This document shows, one piece after another, positions 11,133 through 23,200 of a stretch of 64,000 bases of DNA. The stretch is from Lingula anatina (Eukaryota > Animalia > Brachiopoda). The position numbers were made by a program, and so were the translations under genes. Within the stretch, counting starts at the first letter, position 1, and the number at the start of each line of letters is the position of its first letter. Location of the stretch: assembly GCA_051362555.1 (NCBI GenBank), contig CM120646.1, positions 15,748,001-15,812,000 of the forward strand, in the 5' to 3' direction. A model generated the notes under the pieces. That model ran no database searches, was not told the origin of the DNA, and saw nothing but the letters and a program-made list of their open reading frames with translations.

Positions 11133-13700
11133 AGGAGCCTCATTTGGTAGCAAAGTCCAGGCAGCTTTATAACATAGTAAGAGAATGTGATGCTCTCATA
11201 TGAGGCACCCTTGGGGTGAGATGTAAAAAGCTGTCCCCCTGTTATGTAGTGTCTGATGTGGATTGCATGCGCAGGTGTCCGATTAGTGACAATAATTTGA
11301 GAAGGGGCGTTGATAACTATGCAATGAATTATGTCCTCTTGGTGACTCGCAAGGACAAGACCAATCCATGCCAGGGACAACATTCTGGAGGGATTCATTA
11401 TTATATCTGTTGTACATATTCTCATTCGAGCTCCATTCTGACGCCTTTTGGATGAAGCTGTTATTTATATCTCGCTGGCTGCTAAAAATGCTTAAAAACA
11501 GAATAAAAGAGTGATGGAAGAGCCAGGAAACTAAGAACCCAAATCCCTCCATATCTGCATGTTCTTCATCACAAAGAGGTGTCTGAATGTTTTTGACTGT
11601 TGCAGTACATGATTCAATTCTGGTGTCAACTGGAGTTGGCTGGTGTCCTTTGTGTATACCACTCCCTGGTGGCATTGGTAAACAGCACACATCTGATCTC
11701 AGTAAAGGGGTTGGAACTTATCTATCTCCAACTCACCATTGTGTTGTGTTGTCAGTGCTGCCACCTGCTGTTTAGTGGTAAGACTGTCCTGCAGGTGACT
11801 TGCCTGTGCTGCCACCTTTTGGACAGGGTTTTGTATTAATTGCTAGGTGCTAGAATGTGAAATGAAGGAGATTAGAATTATCAGGAAGTATTAAAGATTT
11901 TTATGAGAAGAAATTGGTTGCACAGAAGGCAGTTACATTTTTTTCTTTAATGAAATAGTTTTACTGGTAATGAGTCCAGTGAAGTTTCTGTTTATGATTT
12001 AAGTTAAGTAATTATGCAGAATATCGGCAACGAGCTGCCGATTTATTTGGTGCAATGACTTCATAATGTGTTTGGGTCGGGATTAGCTGATGGCCAAAAC
12101 TAATGAACTTCAATGCTATATTGGGAGATTCTAGAGAATACTTTGTCCCCAAATAAAACCATTTAGATTAGCCATCAGCTGCTGCCTGATACTGAAGTAT
12201 GTAAATTGGCAAGCAATGTGCATAATAGCTGTATACCATGGGGTTGTTCTCTGTTCAGTTTTCAGTGTGTGACTACTGATAGCAGGTACTGGTTTGGCAT
12301 AGGGTTGGGGGTAGGGAAGACGGACAGACACTGTCTACTGGTAAACGCTATATGCAGGCCTTGTGATAAGAGACTTGATTTTATCTAGTGAAGAGGAATA
12401 CATATCACAGGTCAAATGTGAAAATTAGGAACCCAGGAAGACCTTGTTTCACACATTCCATGTTAAAGTGATCTTAATATTATTATTATTATGAAGGATT
12501 TTTATGAATTAAGATAATGATCAGTTGCTACGAGTTGTGAATTCATAGTTCAACCTGGGAGTCTAATTTATTTAATTCATGGCCCTCTAGTGTGACCAGG
12601 GCTCATGGAAGCTAAATATTGCAGAAAGTCTTGGTCATCTTGGTTACAGTAATTATGAACTGACCATTGTTTAAAGTGGTTACCCCTGTGGTTGATAAAC
12701 CTTGCTCATAAATTATTGTTTGTAAGTGACCTTCGATTACTGCATGGACTTGGGGATTTATCTTCCATGATTTTTAAGAAAAAACAATGTATCGGGAGTA
12801 TTTTATCTGAACTTCACTGTTATCACACTGAAATGGAAGTGAAGTCATTAGTGCTTCTATTTTCAATGCAGTCATTTGTGGACAAAGGCATTGACAGTAT
12901 CATCAGTCTAATTCGATGAAGCAAAGTTCAGTTGACATACTCTTCCCCAAGTCCGCCCCTAAAGATGTCATCCACTTCGTTTGGTTTGACATTGCTGTAT
13001 GACACTTCTAACATGGCGAGCAACTCTTTGGTAGATACCCTGTGGCAACGTCAGAGGGTGCTGGAGGTTGTGTGCATGATAGACGTTGATTGTTTACTAG
13101 GTTATTATGGTCAGGACTTGATGTTGTGGATTGAATATCTGAGTAATGTTTACAACGCAAATTTTGGACAACATACAGAGGAGTTTGATTTTATCATCAG
13201 AATGGGCAGTATTCTCCACAGCACAAGTTCTGATCTCGAGGCTATTTTTTTCTCTGAAATGGTGCACATTATTAAGAATTTTGGCAATTATTAAGGCAAA
13301 AATGATGGACTGTATTAAGTATTTTGGAGTCATTTGAAAAAAATCTTGCAGTAAATGTGTGAAACACAGCAAGACTGATTTCAGTTAAGAATTTATTTTG
13401 TATTTTCCATGAAAACAAATTATGCATTTGAATAAAGAACATGCCTCGTTATGATTGACTTTGGTTTGTTACTTTAATGCTTTATGACTGTTGATGCCTT
13501 TATAACTCGAACTTAAAACATGGAAAATTTACAGGATCATTTGGTGCCGAGTCTGGTAGTTGAGTAGTCCTGGGAGTCCTTTTTTTTTTTTTTTTTTGAC
13601 CCAGTGCATCAAGTGCCTCCATGGTGTTTCATTTATACATTGTACAAGAGCCACTCAACCTATCTCTCACTCCCATATGTACAAATAAATAAAGATCTGG
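8438..13700 (+). other. DDX6: Probable long DDX6 3' UTR with alternative polyadenylation signals
   Basis: No recognisable exon between the DDX6 stop and the convergent RSPH1 end. AATAAA at ~8543, ~11502, 13431 (followed by GT-rich sequence) and 13684/13688. Confidence 0.55.
11090..11130. repeat. C41 homopolymer
   Basis: Direct reading; a similar C27 tract lies at 22396-22422. Confidence 0.95.
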
Positions 13701-14002
13701 GCCAGGATTAGATAAACATTGATACAAAAAAGTTTATTCACAAATTTTCTGGAAATGCTAAATAAATATACAAAGCAAACTTATGAGTTTAATACAGATG
13801 ATATAACTTGACCTTTTGAGATGTATCATAAAACAAGTTTTTCATTATTGTATTTTTTCAAATAGTCCTTGAAATTACACAATTGGCTGAAGAAGAGGTC
13901 TATTTCTCAAAACGAGACCTTCATCCACCAGTCTGATTTCAATCTTCAGGACAATGTTTTTGAATGAAACCAGTCACTTCTTTATTACACATAAATGTCA
14001 TA

Positions 14003-17000
14003 TTAATCTGCTGCAGCTTCCTCCTCTGCAGGAGCAGCATCTTCTGCTTGTTCCTCTGCTGCTCCATCAGTTGCTTCCCCTCCCTCTGCAGCTGGTTCCT
14101 CCTCTGTTGCTGGGGCCTGCTCGGAGGACTCTGGAGCATCTGCTGCTGCCTCGCCACCTGCTAGGGAAAACAGTAACGGGGATATGTTGAGAAAAGTTTG
14201 ACATTTTTGTGAAAAATGATTAAAATCTCTGTTATTTGAATCTCTAATAAAAAAAAAATGAATGAATTGTGAATGTCCAAATTACATTTTAACAATAAAA
14301 CTACGGTAGCTTTTGTGTTACCAAATAATCTACCATTATACATGACCAAAATACAGACTGCATTTGCATGTTTAAACATGCTTATTACATGACTTTATAA
14401 GTAGCGTAAACTCTGGCATAGTTGTATGACTTGTCTTTGTTAGCACACACATACTAGCCCTCTAAGTTTTCTCATAGCATCACACTGAAAGTACAAGATA
14501 TGTTATATATGTTAACAACAGCAGAGCAGTGTTGGGAGGGTAGTCAGTACATAAAAGTGAAGCTGTGATTATCGTGAAAATGCTGCAAAAACATTTGGAT
14601 TGTATTCATTTTGCCTTTTGTGTTTCAGAGCAGGAGAATCGATTTTTCTGAGAATGAGATGGGGCAGATGATGACAAAAAAAAAAAAAAAACATATATAT
14701 TGGGAAACATTAAGTGGGAGTAGTTTTTATTCTTACTCTGAATTTTGGTCCTTTGTTTTGCACCCCAGAAAGTCCTCTTCCTTTTTTATTATGAAGAGGG
14801 CCATTGAAAAATTGTGTTATTGTTATACACTTGATTAAATCCCAATGTTATTCATTAAATCAAAGAGTTTGGTTAAAATTCATTTCATGTTGTTAAAGCT
14901 CAAGCAGAAGCATAAATGTGAGTATTTTGTAGTAGCAGCATTTTCACACTTCATTACTCCTGGATCATACAACACTGTTTTGTTAGTTTTCAAAATTATC
15001 ACCATGTTTAACTTATGGATTCCACATAAAGTCTGCAGCGAAAGAATTCATCGAGTAGAAATATTATGTGGACTTATACGTAAACAAAACCATTATAAAA
15101 ATCAACTGCACACAATATTAGTGCAACACATGTTACAATACATAAGCACAGCGCACACAAATTTGCACAATAATCCCCCCCTCCCCTCAAAAACTTTCCT
15201 CCTTCATCACCAATTAAGGTTAATGCCCTTCACCCCTCTCCAAAGAAAAGTCCCCAAAGCTGTTGTATGATCCAAGCAATGTCCACACAGTTTCACGTAC
15301 CTTCCTCCTGCCCTTCCTCTGCTGCCTTCTGCTCCCCCTCCTCAGCAGCAGGCTTCTCAGCCTCGTCCCCTGCTCCCTCAGCGGGGGCAGCCTCTGCCTC
15401 CCCCTCGGCACCCTCACCTTCTGTGGTCTCCGCAGCAGGTGCTTGCTCCTCACCCCCCTCCACTGCACCCTCGGTGGCCTCTGTGGTTTCTAAACCAGCA
15501 ACAAAATAAAACCCAAAAAATAGCAACTAAAGGAAATGCAAGCAACTGAATGAAATTATAAATTGATAATAAACCTTGTTAGCAACTCACATGCTGTAGC
15601 TAAATAAATTCAAGCAAATAGGCTGAAGCATGAAGTCAACTTTCAGAAATTGCAAATAAGTCAATGACATCTTTTGTTTTTAATGATATGTGTGCTGTCA
15701 ATCTTACATTACTAGTTTTATGTAAAATCAAAAATGCGCAAAAAAAATGCATAAATAAATAAATCATCAATTAAAATTTACCAACCAGATCAAAAAAATG
15801 TAGGTTGCATTGCCCACTCCAACATCCTAGGGTTTCCCACTGTAGAACATGGTCTGTACAGTGGCTATGAGGGCCAATAATCAGTCATTGCAAAAAAAGA
15901 AAGAAAGAAAAAAAAAAAAAAAAATCTCACCTGCAGGCTTCTCTCCCTCCTCCTTCTTTTCCTCTTCCTCCTCTTCATCAGGCTCTGGGGCCAGCGTGAT
16001 AGCCGTGACCACCCCAGCCTTCCACTTTGGTATGATGACTGCCTGCTGTTCCTCCTCCTCGCCACCCTTGTCATCCTTCACCTGTTCCACAGGGATGTAT
16101 TCCCCATGCTGCTCGCAGCCAATGTCAAACACATACTTCCCCTTGCCTTCAGGCTGGAAATGGTACATGACACACATGACTTATCAAAATAAGTGAATCA
16201 TAATTGTACAAAGTTCTCAAAAATATAAAAAATAAATAAAATGTGATGATTAGAAATCTTGGGTAATAATTAAACACAACTGTATGTCTATGACATATTT
16301 AACACATACTCATATATTCCAAAATATCATTTTCACACATTATCTGTAAGAATCATCTTTTGTTAATTTGCCTATTCATCTATTGTTTTTTTGAAAAGGG
16401 GAGCACTTATGACATTTCATCCACTTCCATTCACTCACCCTATCCTCCTTCCATTGACCAACATATTTGTGATTAGCATGTATGAGATCCCCTGCTCCTT
16501 CCCTCTTGCCCTCCTTCCACGTGCCTGTGTATTTTGTGCCTGTTTCTGCATACGTGTACACTCCCTGCCCGTGCCTCTTGTGGTCCCTCCACTCTCCTTC
16601 GTATGTGTCAGCATTTATGTAGAAATATTTGCCCTGGCCACACCGTTGGTCTTCCACCCAGTTACCTGAAGTTGTGATGTATTAAAGTATGCTGTGGAAT
16701 TCTATGCGCAGCCATAATGTAGTGTGATAACCTGGTTTAAACTGACTGATACACAATGTAAATTAAACACAGTAGAAACAGTTTGTGGTTGGGCCTACTG
16801 CATACGTACTCTTTGCGTGCATGTGTATCTGTGAGTGTGTGAGGGAGACAGAGACAGAAAGAAAAACTTGCTGGCAGGGGACAGAAGTGTTGTCAGAAAT
16901 TACCTTCATATTTTGAGCCATCTGGATAGATAAATGTGCCGTAGCCATGTTTCTTATTTTTCATGTATTCCCCTATATAACGGGCACCATTTTTAAACCT

Positions 17001-19795
17001 AAATAAAAAGATATAAACATGATTACAGAAGCATTCAAAAATAAACATTTAATAGTTTGACCATTAGTTTTATCTAGACGAAAGATGAAATTACACACAA
17101 ATACTGTATTACTGTACAACCAAAAGTACAATTTCAACTGTGACAGAAAAAAAATACATTTGGCAATCTTTTTTTTTTTTTTTTTTTTTTTAAGAATTGT
17201 CAACTTTATTGACTTCACTCCATCACATTTACAGCAACTTATTCATCCTAGTGTTAGCTGACCTTGCAAGGAATTCAGATTTCCGAATAACAAGTTAAGA
17301 AAATTCACTAGTTCACTAAAGACACAAAACAACTGTCACTTTTACTTTAAAACCCTTTTGTTATTATTTTAATCAATTTAGTTTTAGTATTGATAAACAA
17401 AGTATCACGTTTTCAATAATTAATATTTTAAATTACAATCCTTTTTTTTTTTTATTATGGAAAAAAATAATAATAAGTAAATAAATAAACACAAATAGAG
17501 TATATATATATATGTTCCTTTCATACACGCACACATACCCACGTACGCACAACACTCATACTTGGTCACTGCTAATATTTATATTATCCTTGCATTACAC
17601 AGTTGTGTTTACAAAAATAGACTAATTAGTTGTCTGTCCATTTCACTCAAATATAGTAACTTCATCTCTAAGTGCCTGCTGATTAACAAAACAAAATTAA
17701 ATAAAATATAATAGAAAACTTAAACCCAAAAGATAAAGAAAGGGATGCTACTGCTATTCCCCTTCAACAAAAAGTGGTAACCATTGTGCCCATTATTTAA
17801 CAAAGTTGTCATATGTGCAAGATCCATGACGCAAAGCAATATTTTTTTCAACATGATACATAAATTTTATGTAATCCAAAAGACCTTGAAAGCTTAGGGT
17901 CTTTTTTTGTTTCAGGCACTTGTAAATATATAGTTTTCCAAACATAATAAGTAAATTAAAAATTTTACTTTCCGTTGTGCATTTTATTCCAAACAAGATT
18001 TTATAGTCATCGAGATCCAAACTGACATTAGTTTTTTCGAGTATATGGTCTTGAAACTTATTCCAAAGAGGACGCACACTATTACATTGTATAAACACAT
18101 GAAGGAGATCTTCACGGTCTCTTTTACAAAAGCCATATATGTCATTATCCTGAATGCCAATCTTTTTCAAATAAGCACCCAAAGGGAGTATCCTATGTAT
18201 TATTCTAAACTGAAGCCATTGTAACGTTGTATCTCGAGAAGTTCCAAAACAAGTCTCAAAAATTTCTTCCGTTTTTAAGCGAGCGTCCCCGTTATTGAAT
18301 AGTTTTTGGTTCCATGTACAGACACCAGTGGGAATAATATTTTTCTTATTTAGGACATTATATACATATCTGTTTCCTTTTTCATTTAGCATAAGCCCCT
18401 TGAAATGAAACGGGTAGTAAGGGGTGACTGTAATAGCCACCTTTTCCTTATCAAATTGTCTTAGAAAAACCTTAACTGCACTGTACATGCTATTAAACTG
18501 CATAGTTTGGACTCTCAAATTGAATTTTTGTTCAAGCACATTCTTTTTCATTAAATTTCCCTGATTGTCCAACATATCTCCAAGAACTTTTATTCTTTGT
18601 TTGTACCAGGAAGGGATAAACACCGAAGCGTTGTTAATCTTAATTTCAGTATTATACCAAAGAGGTATTGCGCCTGGGTCACTTGCCCATTCCCTTAACA
18701 TTTGGACTTTCATAAAGTAAGCCCAAGCTATCAGAGTATCCTGCCAAAATTTGTTTTGGATACGTTCTGCTAACTTCCTGACATAATCATCACCAAAGTC
18801 GAGCAGGTTCTGGATTAACTTTTTTCCTAATATGGATTCTAATATATTAGTCCAAATCTGTTTCCTAGTAATTAGTCTTTTCAACCAAGAACATTTTAAT
18901 GATGTAATAAAACATTTTATGTCAATCATTTTAAGGCCACCAGCGTTGTGATTTTGAGAGGCTACGTCCCTTTTAATTCTATCACATTTTGACCCCCATA
19001 CAAAATTATAAAACTCAGTCTCAAGCGATTTAATAAATCCGTTGTTTGGGTTGGGTAGGGAGATAAATAGATGGGTAAGTTTGGAAATTAATAACGATTT
19101 TACAATCGTGGTTTTACCTATTGGGCTAAGGATGCGTTTTTTCCATTGTTTAATCTGACTTTGTACTTTTGTCATTTGCTTTTGATAATTCAGATCAATC
19201 ATTTGGCAATCTTTTAACAAAACCAATATTAAAAGTCCTTACCTATATGTTCCTTGTCCATGTCTTTTCCCATTTTCATACATTCCTTCATATGTGTCAC
19301 CGTTTGGGAGTGTTGCTTTGCCATACCCATGCCTTTCATCTTTATCATTTCTTTCTCCTTCGTATTCCTAAATAAAAAGGTTAAATGTACTTACTAATTT
19401 TTAGTACCAAGTTGGCTTATAGCCCTTTGATATAAAAGTTGGGCAATTTAATAAGATTTTAAACGTTTCAAAACAAATACGTGTGGGTTTGCACAGCAAT
19501 ATCAGCGAATTGATGCAACAATATCAATTACTGAAGTATAATGCTTAAACTAGCTGATAAACAAAATAGTAAATTAATTTCCGCAAACACATGTTATTCC
19601 TTGATTTATAAAATTACATTTAGTATCAACATGACTACAAGTATCACATAATGTAGATTGAATGGCAAGCCAATCGCCGTCCCAACTTCGGTAAAAACTG
19701 GACAGTTAATTATGTACATAAATTAAAATTGAGAGAAATCTTACCCCTAAGTTAGGTCCCTGTTCTTCTTCTTCAATATCAGAGTTATCAGACAT
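14003..19795 (-). CDS. RSPH1: Radial spoke head 1 homologue (MORN repeats) with long acidic C-terminal tail, 7 coding exons
   Basis: Exons 19795-19745 ([17 protein letters not shown]), 19367-19243, 16998-16904, 16665-16439, 16153-15931, 15489-15301, 14160-14003. MORN repeats ([27 protein letters not shown]..., [22 protein letters not shown]); canonical GT-AG junctions with consistent phases. Confidence 0.93.
17157..19215 (-). mobile_element. 5'-truncated L1/Tx1-type non-LTR retrotransposon (3' part of ORF2, 3' UTR, poly(A)) with 16-bp TSD
   Basis: Uninterrupted ORF 17793-19226 with post-RT motifs ([30 protein letters not shown]) and zf-RVT region ([13 protein letters not shown]...FC..E..HVFIQC). 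A-tail at 17169-17191; TSD CATTTGGCAATCTTTT at 17157-17172 and 19200-19215; target TT/AAAA. Confidence 0.93.
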
Positions 19796-20280
19796 CTTGA
19801 TTAATTTTTGGAAGGAGAAACTCAAAAAGCAAGCAGCCTGCCGCAGTCAGTCTTTTTTCACTGTTATTTACAATATGGCGTCTCACTTAGCAACGCTACT
19901 CTCCAAGCAATATAGCATTATGTTTTTAACCTTTTATCATTGAAAAAACTGTGCTTACACAGCTATATTTCTATATTTTGTGAAGTGTAATGAATAGTTT
20001 AAGTGCCCAGATATAGGAAATTTCGTTTAGCAAGCCTCACATTCAAGAGTGTGGTGCGAGGCTATTTTTACACAGAGATATTAATCTTGCAGTGAAATAT
20101 ATTCATTACAAAAATAACTTTTTATTAGATGATAAAAGATATTATTGGTTTTGGCTGTATCCAAGTGAAATAATACCATTATTCCGTCATATTTATGATA
20201 AGGAAGTAGATTTCTATCTTGTATAAATTTAGTCTTTATTTACTACCCAGCCGTAGCATAGCAACGACCCTAGTTTCAAG
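19796..20280. promoter_or_regulatory. Bidirectional RSPH1/CFAP44 promoter with RFX X-boxes and forkhead sites
   Basis: ATGs at 19795 (-) and 20281 (+). X-box-like GTCTCACTTAGCAAC (19880-19894) and GTAGCATAGCAAC (20253-20265), each preceded by the forkhead core TATTTAC (19865-19871, 20237-20243). Confidence 0.75.
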
Positions 20281-23200
20281 ATGGACGGCGAAGAGCCACC
20301 AAAGGAAAATTCCGATAATCCAGGTATATTTCGTGTAAACTAATTTTAAAAATAAGTGAAGCGTTTGATATTTCATTTCATCGGAAGGTTTTATGTCGTT
20401 ATTATTCGTTATAACTTTAACGAAGTGAGCCCTGATAAAGCACGGTCGTTTATAGGAATTGATTTGACTATATTGGATGCAGTACTACAGTACATGTACT
20501 GTAGCAGAAAATAAATACAATTTACAACTTTTATATTGCTGCTCACGGCAATTATTGGCACGTTTTGGTCTGTCCTTTAGTACTAGTCCATTTATTGTTG
20601 TCTGGAACGTTTAAAGTTGTTTGTAATAAATGTTGCACATTGGATATGAATGAATATATCAGAAAAAAAATTTGTTGTACGTGTGCTGAGGACACTGCAT
20701 ATGAAATTAAAGCTATACGTTTTTCATTCAAGACAGCATTTCATACTCAGAATTTGCATCTTAGCATGAAAAAAATGTATGTTAATGTGTGTATGTGCGT
20801 GTGTGATGCGTAACTGCATGATTATATATATATACAGTATGTCAAACTAAGAAATAATTTACCTGTACATTCAGTAACATTCAATAACTGCACTTATATG
20901 TTGATTTTAATTGTTGCTCATAAACTTGAGTTATAGCATTTTCAAAAACCGGTGATAATGTATTTTCATTTTAAATCACTAACAGCTTTAGCATCAAGAT
21001 TTTCAGGAACAACTTGCAGGTTCAAAAGTAAACTAATTCTTGCTTTTTTTTCTTTTTTCTTTCCTCTTTAACCCCATCCATTAACCTGTCCATCAATATA
21101 ATTAACCTACGCACTTAATGTATCATGATAAACAATACATCATAATGACAGAGCCAAGGCCACCAAAGAAAGCTAAGAACCTCAAAGATGCTACTTCCCA
21201 CCTCAAACAGGAAGCCCTGAGGCGCTATCGTATAAGGCACAAGGGATCGTTTGACCGATATGAGTCCGAGTATTCGAATCTGACAGAAAAATCAATTGTA
21301 TCTGAAGATCATGAAGATCCTATTGAGGAGGATGAAATTGGAGAAGATAGAGGTGATGATATGGATGCGCACAGTAGGGAGGACAATGCTGAGTCACACC
21401 ACAGTCAATGGGGCACAAGGTCTACTCCCACTGGCAATGTGCAGCCCAAAAACGTAGCCAAAGAAGCAACCCAAGCAAAGAAGCATGAAACATCTTCAGG
21501 CCTTCTTCACCAGCCAGCACCCAATCAGGATGTCCAGATGGAGAATGAAGGAGGCACAGGGCAGAGTCATGCGGTCACTGATAAAACATTCTCTGGGAAT
21601 AATGAAAGTAATGGTCAGAGCCCCAAACATGACTCCTCGGTGTTGTCCAGTGAAGTATCACCTCAACCAAGTCCACCCAAAAATGTTACAACTTCTCGGC
21701 AACCCCCTTCAACTTCTCCTTCACCCCATCATACCTCTTCTCCAACCCCACGGACATCCCACCCTACCCTCATAGGTTCACAGGGTGCTGTCAACGAAGA
21801 TGGGACTTTGGTAGGAAATATCCCATCAGGAGGTAGGGAACAGCAAGCACAGGGTTCTCCAGTTCTCCCTACTGAAGCCCTTGTAGATGGTGGAGTCAGT
21901 CCCAATAGAGAAAATGCCCCACAGAAAAGTTTTGATCAGGTTGAGTCAGAGACAAAAGGAGATGTGGAGAATGAATTAGCCAGAGGTATTAGTTGACTTG
22001 AACAGGTGCATTTAGTGTAGTGGTGATGGGTTTCTGAAACTATCATGATTATTGTCTATGATTTTCTGATGATCTTGTTTCTTTTTCATTTATATCCTAT
22101 CTGATATTATTGATCAAGTTCACTGTTGATTTGATCCTGTTGATTGATGCATGGACAGATCTCACTTTCCACTCTTTTGAAAAAAAAAACAGATAAAAAA
22201 AATGTGCTGTGTTCTTTTATATTGATGGGTTTGTTCTTTACCATCAATGGCAAAATGCTATTTTTTATTTTTTATAGCATGAATTATCTGTAGTTTAGTT
22301 TGATTAGTTATAAAATTAACAAAAACTTTTAACCATTTCATTCTGGAAGATGTTATACATATAAAAAATACATCAGTACCAGTGTTGGACTGTGTCCCCC
22401 CCCCCCCCCCCCCCCCCCCCCCTCCACCAAATTAGGTCTACTATTCCCTCTTCCCCCCCCTCCAAATTAAGAAGTTGACCATGTAGGCTATTTGCCTACC
22501 TGTTATCCCTGAATCTGTCCTCACTTACTTATACTCACCCGTCCACTTACCGTACGTGAGATCCATGATCTGATTCTACTTTAGAGACTGATACTCCAAT
22601 GTTCAGTAACTGTGGAAAGAAGAGACAATCAAGAAAATCAAATGCATGGATAATTGTTGCTTCATGTAGATATAAAATGACAATTGCACATGTCTAAGTC
22701 ATACTACAGGTGTACTAGTACTTGTACTATGCATGTGATTGTACATGTATGTGATGTGGGCTATCCTCTCCATGATCATTTTTTGTATATTTTGTAGTAA
22801 ACAAAAAGAGCATGAATGGTTATCTGTTTCACTTGCATGCCGTGATGTGTCCATTAACAAATAATTAACTCCCTCTCCAGGCTTGCAGTGCACTAGTTTG
22901 TGGATTGTTGCATGTATATCTGTGATGATGCATGTCCTGATCATTGCATGTACATTTGTGATGAGTGTCTTGATCATTGCATGTGCATGTTTACCTGATT
23001 ATAGCCCATCAGTTTGATACACATTGCTGCATGCTGACAGTATTATCAATTTTAGACAATATGAACAGGTTAAAATATACATTGTAATATTTGCAATTGT
23101 TAGATATCAAATTAAAATTTTATATATACTTATATATATAGAATTCATCAATCAATTAATTTGATTGGAGATTGCATACCTTGTTAAGGTAGGTATAAAA

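Noticed and set aside
10994-11425. 143-aa minus-strand ORF with poly-Gly
   Set aside because: The poly-Gly comes from the C41 homopolymer; no splice signals or recognisable domain.
22584-22650. Possible small extra CFAP44 exon after TTTAG
   Set aside because: Acceptor-like context, but no convincing donor or homology.
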